This document shows, one piece after another, positions 21,600 through 33,753 of a DNA stretch of 35,010 bases; the stretch's first letter is position 1, and each line of letters opens with the position of its first letter. The stretch lies in NCBI RefSeq assembly GCF_004010195.1, contig NW_025215377.1, positions 165,441-200,450 of the forward strand. Direction: 5' to 3'. Under the pieces are notes generated by a model. That model searched no databases and had not been told where the DNA came from. It saw nothing but the letters and a program-made list of their open reading frames with translations. This DNA is from Chiloscyllium plagiosum (Eukaryota). Both the position numbers and the translations under genes were made by a program.

Positions 21600-22250
21600 C
21601 CCCAGAGCTACCTCAATTATCAAAGAACGACTGAAACCAAAATGGCCGGAGCCTGGGGAAGTGATGGAACCTCCAGGAGGAAGTAGTTGAAACTGTGTAG
21701 GGCACTAGTCAGCCAATCGTGGGAACACTGTGAACTGCTCTTGGTCCTTTGTCTCAAGAAAGATTGACTAACATCAAGAGAGGGTTCACCCGCTGCTCCC
21801 GGGTATGGATTAATTGTTGTATGAGGAGAGGGTGAGTAGGATGGGCCTGTTCCTGTTGGGAGTTTAGAAGAATTGAGAGGTGACCTTATTGAAACATACA
21901 CGATTCTCAGGGAATTGACGGGGGGGGGGGGGGGAGATGTGGAGAAATTATTTCCCTTTGTGGGGGAGTCTCAGACCAGAGGGCTTCATTTCAGAAGAAG
22001 GATTCACCCATTTAAGACAGAGATGAGGAGGAATTTCCTCTCTTTGCGGGGTGTGAATCTGGGGAAGTCTTTACCACAGAGGGCTGGCCTGGGTCACTGA
22101 GGATATTCAAGGCTGAGAGATTTTTTAATCAGGAAGGGGATCGAGGGAAAAGACAGGAAAGTGGAGATCAGAGCAGCCACGATCTCAGTGAATGGGGGAG
22201 CAGACTCCAGGGCTGAATAGCTTCCTTCCACTCTGACATTGCTCGGTCTT
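21600..22250 (+). mobile_element. Decayed CR1 LINE 3' fragment
   Basis: RGDLIETYTILRE...LFPFVGESQTRG...MRRNFLSLRGVNL. Confidence 0.75.
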
Positions 22251-23340
22251 GTATTTAATCACAGTTGGTAGCACTACTGCCTGTCAGACGAAAGAGAACC
22301 ACGTGTCCCTTTCCTTCTGACGTTAGGTTCTGTACAACGAAGTGACTATTTCTGGCACCAATACTGAGACAATCCTTCCCACTGTGTGGGTAGAGGCAGG
22401 AAGTTATAAAAGGCAATGTTGGATTATGAATGGGTAACATCGTAGCAATGGAATCTGAGGCAGTGCGGAAGTGTGAGCTCCTCAGTTTGATTTTAGAGGA
22501 AGGTCACTTGGATTGCGTTCTGTGGTCGTGAGGTGCTTAGAGCTCTGGACGGGGTAACTGAGCTCAGAGCCCCTTGGATAAACTGCATAACAAATGAGTG
22601 GCAGGTACAATCGAAGCAATTGTGGAACATTGGGGCGGGTTGGGGTGTTGCAATACACAGCAGGGTGGAAAGATGGGGAAGTACTGCTTTTGTTTAACAG
22701 AATCACAGCATCAGTACAGTGCAAGTGGAGATCCTACAGCCCAGCGTTCCTGACTGGATTTCCAACTCAGCTTCATTTTCCTTTTATTCACATTCATGGG
22801 ACGTAGGCATTACCACCTGGGGCTAGGATTTATTGACCATTGCTCATGGTACAGGAGGCAGTTGCGAGTCTGTGGTCATACAGAAGGACACATTTCCTTC
22901 CCAGATGGGATCTTACAGCAATCCATAATGGTTACAGTCATCATCATTCCAACTTTTTATTCCGAAGTTTTATTGAATTCAAATTCCAATAACTGCCTTG
23001 CTGAGACTCGAACCACCAGCCGCCCAGAACAGGAGCCTGGGATTCTGAGTGTCCAGCCCAGTGCCTGGCCCATTGTGACTTCATGCTATTCTGCTGTAAC
23101 CCTCCCTGCGACTGTGCCTGGAGTGACTTGGTCCCATTCTGGGCCTCGTACCCTCAGGAAGGGAATCTCGGAGGTGCAACAGCAAGACTTTGCCAGAATG
23201 GTCCTGAGGATAAAATGGTTAAAATAAGGCAACAAGGTACACAGGCTGGGGTAAGGAGAGGTTTAAAATCATAAAGGAGTTTGCTAGAGAACAAGAAAGT
23301 GAGTGAGAAAGAAAGAGAGAGAGAGAGACACACACACACA

Positions 23341-23532
23341 TTCTCCTTGTGCCTGCGTGGGTTTTCTCTGGATTCCTCCCATAGTCCAAAGATGCACAGG
23401 TCAGGGTGGATTGGCCATGGGAAATTCAGGGTTACAGGGATGGGGGTAGGTCTGAATAGGATACATTTCAGAGGGTTGGTGTAGACTTGATGGGCCGAGT
23501 GGTCTGCTTCCACACTGTAGGGATTCTATGAT
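23341..23532 (+). mobile_element. V-SINE 3' half
   Basis: V-domain and tail tccacactgtagggattctatga. Confidence 0.75.
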
Positions 23533-23637
23533 GAGACAAAGGCACAGTGACTCAGAAATAACATCCCCCTCCCCCGGCTCCCAAGTGTGGAAAATCCAGG
23601 ATACAGCAAGGCATTCAGACAATTAAAACAACATCAA

Positions 23638-23930
23638 AATAAAAACAAAAACACAGGAAATACTGGAGAAATCTGGCAGGTTTGGCAGCCATCAGCAGAA
23701 ACAGAAACAGCTTTTGAGTCTGGTATGACTCCTCATGAATTGGAAAATGGTGGTTTTGATGCTGTTGATGGAGGGGGAGGAGGAGTGAGTGGAACAGATG
23801 GTGAGGGGGCCCACGACTAAAGCCAAAGGGAGTAACAATGGTGGTGAAGGAGAGACTGGGATGTAAAATAGGTGTGAATGATAGTGCAAAAAAGAGAAAA
23901 TGGACCCACTCTCTGCAGAGAGACAAAGTC
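23638..23930 (-). mobile_element. Degenerate Penelope-type 3' tail
   Basis: aaatactggagaaatctggcagg...ggcagc motif shared with the other Penelope tails. Confidence 0.5.
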
Positions 23931-24510
23931 AACAACATACTGACATGGTGCAGGGGTTAGGGGGAGAGGGAAGAGTTACTGGTGGGAATGAGTCACATGC
24001 AGCTCGGAGAAAATTTGGAACTCCCTGTCCCCAGAAAATCATCAAGGCAGGAGCTCAACTGAAAATGTCAAGACCAGAACTGGTCAGGGGGCCAAATGGG
24101 TGATTGCAGCCGAAGTGCAGGGGAAGGGCTTTCCAAGCTGAGAATCTAACCCCCCCCCCCCTGATTGCAGCCGAAGTGCAGGGGAAGGGCTTTCCAAGCT
24201 GAGAATCTAACCCCCCCCCCCACACCCCACATACACACCAGGAGCCTGGGATTCTGGGCAACTAGCCCAGTGCCTGGCCCATTCTGACTTCAGGGCATTC
24301 TATATGCTCTCCCTGTGACTGCACAGTCCTGGTCAGAGGGGCTGAACAGCCTCTTCCCATTCCCTTGGTGCCCTTCACAGAACCTGCCAGAATGGTCAAA
24401 GGACAGCCCGTTGGTAATTGGGGGTGGGTTACTTCTGACCTCCATCTCTACCCCGTTTCCCCACCATCACCCACGGAACATCAGAGAGTCCTGGTTAAAG
24501 AAAGTGTTTT

Positions 24511-24516
24511 TTTATT
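24511..24516 (-). terminator. Polyadenylation signal AATAAA of the right STARD10 gene
   Basis: tttatt on the plus strand, ~45 nt after the TGA. Confidence 0.6.
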
Positions 24517-24560
24517 GGGTACATGGCACATGAGGCGTGTTGGGAGGGCACAATGCTTCT

Positions 24561-24788
24561 TCAGTTCACACTGTCTTCGTCACTGGCATCAGCCTTGTCA
24601 TCCCGGGTTTCGGGAATTCCGCTCTCGTCGATGTTTTCCAGGGAGTCGGCATGTTGGATGGCGAGCTCAGAGAGCTGGATGGTGAGGATCTGGCTCTGTT
24701 CCGGGTGCAGCCAGGGTTTGTAGGCCGGAGCGTGCATGTGTTTCCATTCCGGGTACTTCAGGCAAGCTTTGTATATCTTCTTCATCGC
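24561..24788 (-). CDS. STARD10: Last coding exon of STARD10 (right copy)
   Basis: Acceptor aaccag|GCG, then AMKKIYKACLKYPEWKHMHAPAYKPWLHPEQ...QHADSLENIDES...ASDEDSVN*. Matches the recalled human STARD10 C-terminus (AMKKMYKACLKYPEWKQKH...KPWLHPEQ...QHADSLENIDES). Confidence 0.96.
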   Translation of the reverse strand, partial: AMKKIYKACLKYPEWKHMHAPAYKPWLHPEQSQILTIQLSELAIQHADSLENIDESGIPETRDDKADASDEDSVN

Positions 24789-25444
24789 CTGGTTCCGTTT
24801 AAACACAGGGAGATCAGTTCACTCGGGGTTGCAAGGGCAGGAGACAGGCAGCAATGGGTTACAGGTCAAAGGTCAAAATACATGACAACAAGGCTCAGAT
24901 ACCACACCCTCCTCCTGCCCGATGTCACTCTCCCCCCAATCACTGACCCTACCCACCCATTTAACCGCCCCTCCCACTGCCCTGTGTACCCTCTCACAAA
25001 CATCTTTAATTTTAATATACGGGTTTTAAAAACGGATTTCTTGTTCCTTGGGCAGTTTGTTATAGGGTTGACAGCAGTTGGTCAGGAGCAGGAGATGGGA
25101 CTGATCTGACAGTGAAGGGTGTCTTATTTGAACAATGCTGATGGTTACCATACACCCAGGGAGTCCAAGTGCACGTTGACACGGCTGGTGCAGTCTGGTG
25201 CTATCAATGGTGACAGTAGAGGTTCCAATGTCAGTTTCAGCACAGGATTGGCCAGGAATCTCTCCTAGTTGGTACTACCAGCCATTGGCGGATAGCCCAG
25301 CCTTACTGCGGGATGCACCTTCGTTTGTGGTTAGCTTCTGGCGTAGGGTTTGAACCCAGAGCTTCAGGCTCTGAGGCAACAACTCATCGAACACCAGCAA
25401 ACAGTCTAAAGAGTCTAATTCAACCAAGTCTAAATGAATACAGG

Positions 25445-25735
25445 ACTCCAGGACCAGAGGGCACAGTCTCAGAATAAAGGGGGACCAATTTCAGACTGAG
25501 ATGGGGAGGAATTTCTCCTCTCGGAGAGTGGAGTGTCTTTGGAATTCCTCGTCACAGAGAGCTGTGGGGGCAGAGTCCTTGTGGATATTTAAGGCTGAGG
25601 TGGATTCTAGGTCAAGGATTACAGGGAAAGGGGATGAACGTGGATGTGAGGAATATCAGATCAGCCATGATGTTATTGAATGGCAGAGCAGGCTTAATGG
25701 GCTGAATGGCCTACTTTCCTTCCCCTTTCTTCTGG
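25445..25735 (+). mobile_element. CR1 LINE 3' end
   Basis: MGRNFSSRRVECLWNSSSQRAVGAESLWIFKAEVD and a typical tail. Confidence 0.8.
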
Positions 25736-26189
25736 TCTTCCAGCATAACAAACATGTGACCAAAATCTCCGGAAAATGCTATTTCTTTGGTGGAACACTG
25801 AGGAGGGGACATATTATTTTATATTTGTATGACAACAGATATATAGTTTCTCTTACATTTATAAATACAGCAACCTCCTTTTCCAATCTCTCTCTATGAC
25901 CTTCCCCCCACCCCCCCCCCCTCCTCCCTCCAAACCTCCTCCCGTTCCAATAGCAGAAGCAAAGTATTGCAGGTGCTGGAAATCTAAAACAAAAACAGGA
26001 AGTGGTGGAGAAACTCAGCAGTTCTGGCAGAGAGAGAAAGAAAGAGAGAGAGTGTGTTAATGGTTCAGGGTCAGCGCTGACGTTAGGAAGGTAATGGGGT
26101 TTGAGCCTGTGAAAGGGCTAAGTGAGGAAAACGTACAACAGGGAGGCTCTGTGTGGGGTAGGAGACTGGAGAGATTAAAGGCTGTAGAT

Positions 26190-26565
26190 TCCAATGAGAA
26201 TGGAATCCACCCATTGATGCTTCCATCTATACTCCCCACTGCCTCGGGAAAGCCTCTAAACAGAATCATAGACCCCTCCCACCCCAGTTATACTCTCTTC
26301 TCCCTCCTCCATTAGGCAGAAAGTATAAAAGTTTGAATACACAAACGAACAGATTCCAGTCCAGCTTCTTTCCTGCCATTATCAGACTTATGAGCAGACT
26401 CTCAAGTGTTAATGTTGATCTCTCTCTCTCTCTGCCCCTTCTCTGTGACAGTAACACTGTATTCTGCTTATCTGATGCACTAAGTCCGGTACAATCTGTC
26501 TGGCCAGCATGCAAAACCACACTTTTCACTGTATCTCTGTACATGTGACAACAGTAAATCAATGA
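26190..26565 (+). mobile_element. Rex1/Babar- or L2-like LINE 3' end
   Basis: IIDPSHPSYTLFSLL..GRKYKS...TNRFQSSFFPAIIRLM motif; tail cacttttcactgta...catgtgacaa. Confidence 0.65.
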
Positions 26566-27610
26566 ACGTAGAATGAGACCAATAAAGGAACAAGAATGGT
26601 GTCCAGGGGAGGTCTGAATGGCAAACATCATTCAGAGGCTAAACTGAGAGAAAACAAGAGACTGAAAGCGGAAACAACAAAGATAAGGAACTAAGAAGTG
26701 CACAGGAGTTTATGGTGTGAAATTGTTCAGCTCAGACGTCAAAGTTTGTGAAGTGATTCCATAAGGGCATAGGAGCAGTAGGCCATTCAGCCCATCAATT
26801 CTGCTCCACCATCACAGAGATCATTGGCTGATCTGATCACCCTCAACTCCACTTTCCTGCCTTCCCCTCTCGATTCCCTTCCTAACAATCGGATTGAAAG
26901 CTGAGGAGCGCAAGTCATGATCCTGAAACGGATAGACATTGAGTTTGATTGGAACAGTACAGCAGACCAAGGGCAGAGTGGTCACAGTGAAGCTGGGTGG
27001 AGAATTAAAATGACAGGTCCTCAGGAAGCTCAGGGTCATGCTTATGGACCGAGCTGAGGTGCTCCAACTGGTCATCCCATTCGGTCTCCTCATCTCCATC
27101 AGACCATATTGGGAACAGCAAGAATCACAGAATCCCTACAGTGCAGATAGAGGCCATTTGGCCCATCAGGTCTGCACACCAGCCCTCCAAAGAGCAACCC
27201 ATCCTATTCCTCTAACCCCACACATCCTATGGCTAATCCCCCTGGCCTGCACATCCCTGGACACAACGGGGCAAAACATTTAGCATGGCCAGTCTACCCT
27301 AACCTGCACAACTTTGGTCAAAATGACACTTACTTCACTTCTTAACCTCATCGTCTCCCAAGGTAACTTTGGACCTGACCTTCAGCATCCTCATTATCCA
27401 AAGCCTCAAACCCTCCTTCCATGTAAAGCAGAGATTTACTTGTACTTGCACTGATCTAGCCACCGGTAGAATGAGCAGACAACGTGGAGATGGAGTGAGT
27501 GTGGAGGGTGATGAAGTGGAGATAGAGAAGGCAGTGCTGCTAAAGGGAGGAATGTGCTTCTGGTGGGACATGGTGTTGAGAGTGGATCTGGTGGAGAGCA
27601 GTATCGGAGG

Positions 27611-27934
27611 GATTAGATTAGATTAGATTAGATTACTTACAGTGTGGAAACAGGGCCTTTGGCCCAACAAGTCCACACCGCCCCGCCGAAGCGCAACCCA
27701 TCCATACCCCTACATTTACCCCTTACCTAACACTACGGGCAATTTAGCATGGCCAATTCACCTGACCTGCACATCTTTGGACTGTGGGAGGAAACCGGAG
27801 CACCCGGAGGAAACCCACGCAGACACGGGGAGAATGTGCAAACTCCACACAGTCAGTCGCCTGAGGCGGGAATTGAACCCGGGTCTCTAGCCCTGTGAGG
27901 CAGCAGTGCTAACCACTGTGCCACCGTGCCGCCC
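27611..27934 (-). mobile_element. HE1-type V-SINE, full length, with (TCTAA)n tail
   Basis: Minus strand: gggcggcacggtggcacagtggttagcac head, B-box gggttcaattcc, V-domain and (ttaga)n. Confidence 0.92.
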
Positions 27935-29007
27935 ACAAGAATCTGAACATCTCACTGATATCTGTCACTACCAGCACATTCCAAACACAAGCAGTGGGAT
28001 ATTGGTTGGAAACCACATGGGCCATGGCAGGGGGATGCCTTTGCTGCTGAGAAGCAGGTGGCTGTTGTGTTCTCTGTGTATCTTACACATTCCCAGTTTC
28101 CCATCGCTCCACTATCCGTACCTTCAGCTGTGTGAGGCTCTGAGCTCCGGAATGCCATTCCTAAACCTTCCCCCTCCTTCTCTCGCTCGTACTGTAAGGT
28201 GCTCCTTCAGATCATGCCCAAGGTCACCTGTCCCTACAGCCTGTGGCATTCAGTGTGTTAAACGTTACTTGTCAACTCTCCTGTGGGATGTTCATGGTGC
28301 TACGTAAATGCTTGATATTTACAAGAAATGTTCATCGAATCAATCCAGTCCGTTGTTAGTCATTAGATGTGATGGGTAAACTGGGAGATTAGACAACCAT
28401 TCTAACAAGAACTACTGGTGTCACATGATGCAGACAGTCTCCCCATGTGGTTACTCTGCCTCTGCTCTAGGTGGCAGTACAGCTGGAGGAACACTCCAGC
28501 CGTTGCTGACCAGACACGTCCATCCCCCAGACTCCACCTTCCCTACAAACGCTGGGAAGGCCACCTTGTTGTTGACCCAATGATATTCCAGTCCTGCTCC
28601 CACCAGCCTGATTATCACTCGCTCACAACGTCATGTGGCACATCATCTTACCTCCTTCCCAGAATCCCCAAGGAAATTGGAGAGCACAGGAGGAGGCCAA
28701 TGCCATCCCTCTGCTGAGTAATCCGGTTCGTCTCATTCCCCTGCTCAATCCTGTAAACTCTCCAACCTTACTTCCCTCAAATGTCTGTCCAATTTCCTTT
28801 CAAAGTCACTTCCAACTCCACGCCTCCTCAGGGGCAGCTTAGAAATGGTCTCCCTCAGTTAACCCCTGGATTGCACTCTCAAAGTCTCCAATCAGTGTTC
28901 CCTAGCTCCTGTCCCATCAGCTAATGGGAGACAGGGTTTTCCCGCCCTATCCAAACTTGTGCCAGAGGAATGAGGATGTCCATCTCCGGGTTAAACATTA
29001 TACTCAC

Positions 29008-29060
29008 TTTGGGAGCTAGACGCTGCCATGATTGATTCACCACCCACTTTGGTAATGAGC
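29008..29060 (-). CDS. STARD10: Penultimate coding exon (53 nt) of STARD10 (right copy)
   Basis: Pyrimidine tract ...ttctgaag|GC TCA TTA CCA AAG TGG GTG GTG AAT CAA TCA TGG CAG CGT CTA GCT CCC AAA|gtgagt = (G)SLPKWVVNQSWQRLAPK. Splice phases join both neighbouring exons. Too short to appear in the ORF track. Confidence 0.93.
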
Positions 29061-29297
29061 CTTCAGAACAGAAAGGGAAAGAAAACACACAGGTTATTCA
29101 CTTGGATTCTCACAAAGTCCTTTTCAAAGACAAGGCAATCAGAGACAAAGATCTATCAACTAAGGCTTCACACACACACACAGCCCTCCAAATCAAAGAG
29201 TCGTACATACTGGTCCCACTCCAGAAACACGCAATCTGGGTTACGCAGTACTGCACTGTCAGAGGCACACTCTCTCAGATTGATTTTCTTGTTTTTA

Positions 29298-29619
29298 TTT
29301 AGATTAGATTAGATTCCCTACAGTGTGGAAACAGGCCCTTAGGCCCAACAAGTCCACACCGACCCTCCGAACAGCAACCCACCCAGACCCATTTCCCTCT
29401 GACTAATGCACCTAATACCATGGGCAACTTAACATGGCCGATTCACCTGACCTGCACATCTTTGGACTGTGGGAGGAAACCGGAGCACCCGGAGGAAACC
29501 CTCACAGAGGCGGGGAGAATGTGCAAACTCCACACAGACAGTCGCCCGAGGGTGGAGTCGAACCTGGGTCCCTGGTGCTGTGAGGCAGCAGTGCTAACCA
29601 CTGAGCCACCATGCCACCC
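29298..29619 (-). mobile_element. HE1-type V-SINE, full length
   Basis: Complete head, V-domain and (ttaga)n tail. Confidence 0.92.
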
Positions 29620-30517
29620 CATAGTCTTGCCAGACCATAGGGGCTGCTCTCTCATTAGAGAGAAGCGACTGGTGGTGATTTAACCTGAGGGCCACCAAAT
29701 CTCAGGTGAGGGAAGAGGTTGAGAAGGAGAGTCCTTCATGGTAACCTCAAACCAGTGATGGGAATTGAACCCACGCTGTTGCCATCACACTGCTCTGTAA
29801 ACCAACAATCCAACCAACTGAGCTAAACCAATTGTAATGAATAAAGGATCAGTCAGGTTCACACAGTCAGGAAAGAGAGATCCCATCCAGAGAGAGCTTC
29901 TAGCACAGATTGGAATTAGTGGGTACAATGTTGTGGGGTCTCACAGAATCAGGGCTGCATTGGACCAGGGGTGGGAATTAAATATCCCAAGGGATACATG
30001 TCCTATCGGAAGGTCAGGGGGATGGGCAGAGGCGGAGGGGTTCCCTTGTGAGTAAGACGTGAGGGTAGATCAATAGCACAAAGTGACCGCGTTGGAAGGT
30101 GTCGTATCTGTGTGGGTCGAGTTGAGGAACTGCTAAAGGAAAAAGCCCCTGATGGGAGTAAACATAGGACCCCCCTCGAGCTGTGGTCAGGGTGTGGGGT
30201 CAATAATAAACCCGCAGTTAGAAAAGGCAGGTCAGAAAGACACTATTACAATAATCCTGAGGGACTTCAATATGCAGGGGGCCCGGAAAATCAGGGTGGG
30301 AGCAGATCATAAGGGAAGGAATTTGTGGAATGTCTATGAGATGGATTTTTTTGGAGCAGCTTGTGGTTGATTCCTGAAGGAACAGGTAGGTCTGGATTTG
30401 GTGATGTGTAATGAGACAGACCTGATTCGGGAGCTTAAGGTGAAGGAACCCCCCCCCCCCTCCAAAGGGGCAGTGACCATAATATGACCATATTCACCTT
30501 GCAGTTTGAGAGTGAGA

Positions 30518-31682
30518 TTCATACAAATCTACAGACTCCCATAACTACCTGAACTACACCTCCTTGCACCCAAGATCCTGCAAGAACTCCATCCCCATCT
30601 CCCAATTCCTCTGCCTCTGCCACATCTGCTGCATTCCACTCCCAAGCTACCCAGATTTCGAACAATGTGCATTTCCTTCTTCTGTCATCCAGACAGCCCC
30701 CACCTCACCGATTCATTCCCTGTTGCACTGCTCTAAACCCACCCTCCTCCAAACATGATAAAGACAGAGTCCCCCTTGACCTCACTTAGCACCCCACCAG
30801 TCTCCACACCCAATATACCATCCTTAAACACTTCCACCAACTCCAACTAGCTCCCACCCTCCATAACATCTTCCCCTCCCCACCCCACCTTCCGCAAGGA
30901 CCGTTCCTTTCGACAGTTCTTGGTTTGCACCACTCTCCCTGAACCCCCAGGGAACTTTGTTTGCACCACTCTCCCTGAACCCCCAGGGAACTTTCCCTGC
31001 AACCAGAAAAGATGCAAAACCTGCTAGTATCCCACCACCCTCTCCCCTCCATCCAGGGCCCCAAACAGTCCTTCCATGTGAAACAGATGTTCACCTGCCT
31101 CTCCTCCAACCTAATTTACTGCATCAGGTGCTCCCGATGTGGTCTTCTCTGCATTGGGGAGACAGAACGGAAACTTAGGGAACATTTCGCCAAGTGTCAC
31201 AGCCAGGCTTGCAGGGGCAGACTGGACCTCCCAGTCAATGCCCATTTTTAATTCCCCTTCCCCAGTCCCTTTCCAACATGACCATCCTTGGCCTCCTCCA
31301 TTGCCACAAGGAACCAAATTGCATATTGGAGGAACTTTACCTCATCTTCCACCTGTCCACGCTACAGCCCAGAGGACTCTGCATTGAGCTCTCCAATTTC
31401 AAATAACCTCCCTCCCCATCCCCACCCCCAGACTCCCCTCCCAGCCCCTCTCCCTTCCTACCACCAACCCAATTCACTCTCACCATTGACCAAACATGTC
31501 GCACCCTCCACTTGTCTTCACCAATCCTCACTTCACCACCCTGCCCTGTCACCTCCTTTATCTGCAGCTTCCCCCCAACATCCACCCCCAGTCCTGAAGA
31601 AGGGTTACACCCAAAACACTGACTTCTCCACCTCCTGATGCTGCCTGGCATGCTGTGTTCTTCCAGCCTCCTGGCTGTCTAT
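30518..31682 (+). mobile_element. Penelope-like element 3' part: RT thumb, GIY-YIG endonuclease, 3' tail with hammerhead-like motif
   Basis: YKSTDSHNYLNYTSLHPRSCKNSIPISQFL; FTCLSSNLIYCIRCSRCGLLCIGETERKLREHF; ctgaagaagggttacacccaaaac at ~31594; TSD tttgagag(t/g)gaga at 30505-30517 and 31683-31695. Confidence 0.88.
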
Positions 31683-31791
31683 TTTGAGAGGGAGAAGCTG
31701 GGATCAGAGGGAACGGAATTACAATTGGGTAAAGGGAACGACATGAGGGAGGAGCTGGCCAGAGTTGATTGGAAGGGGAGCCCAGCAAGGG

Positions 31792-32092
31792 ACAGTGTGG
31801 AAACAGACCCTTCGGCCCAACAAGTCCACACCGACCCTCCGAACAGTAACCCACCCAAACTCCTTTCCCTCTGACTAATGCACCTAACACTATGGGCAAT
31901 TTAGCATGGCCAATTCACCCTGACCTGCACATCTTTGGACTGTGGGAGGAAACCGGAGCACCCGGAGGAAACCCACGCAGACACGGGGAGAATGTGCAAA
32001 CTCCACACAGACAGTCGCCCGAGGCTGGAATCGAACCTGGGACCCTGGTGCTGTGAGGCAGCAGTGCTAACCACTGAGCCACCGTGCCGCCC
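31792..32092 (-). mobile_element. HE1-type V-SINE, near full length
   Basis: Head gggcggcacggtggctcagtgg, B-box ggttcgattcc, V-domain. Confidence 0.92.
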
Positions 32093-33753
32093 TGAGTTTC
32101 TGGGGGTGATTTGGGAGGCACAGCTGAAACTCATCCCAAGGAGGAAGAAACACACTCGAGGGAGGAGGGGCCGACCCTGGCTGGCCGGGGAATCCAGGGA
32201 CAGCTTAAAGCCAAAGGAAAAGCGGACAATGTGGTGAAGATTAATGGGAAGGAGCGGATTGGGAAACCTTCAAAAATCAGCAGAGGGTCGTGATAAACCA
32301 ATGGGTGGGGGGGTGGGGGTGAGGGGAAATGATGTGAAAGTGAGCTCGCTAGTAATGTACAAGATGATTGCAAGGGTTTTTTTTAAACAGGCAAGAGTGG
32401 ATAAAGGATTACTGGAAAGTGAGGGGAAGTAAAAATGGGGAACAAAGTAATGGCTGAGGAACTGAATACGCCCTTGGCATCAGTCATCACATTGGAAGAC
32501 ACCAGCAAAATACACAAACTTCAAGAAAGTCGGGGGGGCAGGGGGAAGTGCAGTGGAAACTAATTGGCTGGTTCGGCTGACCTCAGTCATTGGGAAAGTT
32601 TTAGCATCCATTATTAATGTTGAGATTGTAGAGTGGTTGGAAGTGCACGGTAACACAGGGCTGAGTCAGCACGGCTTCATCAGGGGGAGGGTCATGCCTG
32701 ACAAATCTGTTCGAATTCTTTGAGGAGGCAATGAGCAAGTTAGACAAAGGAGAGCCAGTGGATGTGATCTATTTGGATTTCCAGAAGGTGCAGCATAGGA
32801 GGCTGTGAAATAAGAAAAAGCCCACAGTGTTAAACAGAAAGTCTTGGAGGAGGTGGAATAGGCTGAATGACCTGCCCCTGTTGCTGTGTTCCCTGTGTGG
32901 ACCAGACTGGTGAAAGAGGAAGGAGTGAGGAACAGAGAGAATCCAGTTGGGTTTTCACTGTGACTATTCCCCGAGGGCAGGCTGCTCTGGGATTCCCTTT
33001 TCCCTGCTAATGAATGCGGAGAGATGGGGCAGCCTGGAAACGTTCTCCTTAGGGCAAAGAAAGCTCAGGGAAGAGGGGTTCAAAACCACGAGGGGTTTGG
33101 TATAAGGTGATATCTAGTGGCATAGTTGCTAGCTCATTAACCCAGTGAATGATCCAGGGACCTCGGCAGATGGTGGAATTTGAATTCAATGAAAATCTGG
33201 GATTAAGGGTCTAATGATGACCATGACTCCAATGCCAATTATTGGAAAACCCATCTGGGTCAGTAACGCCCTTTAGGGAAGGAAATCTGCCATCCTTACC
33301 TGGTATGGCCTACAAGTGATTCCAGACCCACAGCAACATGGTAAACTCTTAACTACCCTCTGGGCAATTAAGGAAGGGTTTTGATGCTGGCCCAGCCAAT
33401 GAACCTGATGGCTTTTTCTGACAATTGATGACTAAGACCGCCTATCATTAAAGTCCAAATGTGTTTGGGCCAAATCTGCCCAATGGTTCCTCAGAAGCTC
33501 AGCCCCTGGAGGCCAGGATTAGGTGAGTGAATCTTCTCTGTAACTCATACAGCTGCCATGCTTTTCAAATCAATCCCTTTCTCCTCAGTTAAACACTTTA
33601 TGATCCCAATCTTTGGCGAAGCTATTGGCCCACTATCCTGGTGGTTTAGGGTGCAATTCTGTTTATAAAGCAACCGACGGGAATGTGAGCATTGAAATCT
33701 GTGATCTATGGAGCTCCCAGCACTCCAGGGCTGGTCTTGGTATCGCCACTTAC

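Larger units (their letters stand above)
29832..32880 (+). mobile_element. Decayed CR1 ORF2 (endonuclease to RT) with nested Penelope and SINE
   Basis: Remnants QGWELNIP, ILRDFNM, SDHNM, SQHGF and DVIYLDFQK, with many indels. Confidence 0.75.

Noticed and set aside
1000..24000. Exons of expected neighbours (ATG16L2, ARAP1) or the missing middle STARD10 exons
   Set aside because: I could not recognise any matching peptide by eye. Short exons, or exons inside the gaps, cannot be excluded.
24537..25109. 190-aa plus-strand ORF
   Set aside because: Antisense shadow of the STARD10 terminal exon, with no recognisable product.
27642..32237. Recurrent ORFs containing DCGRKPEHPEETHADTGRMCKLHT
   Set aside because: These are antisense translations of V-SINE copies, not a gene family.
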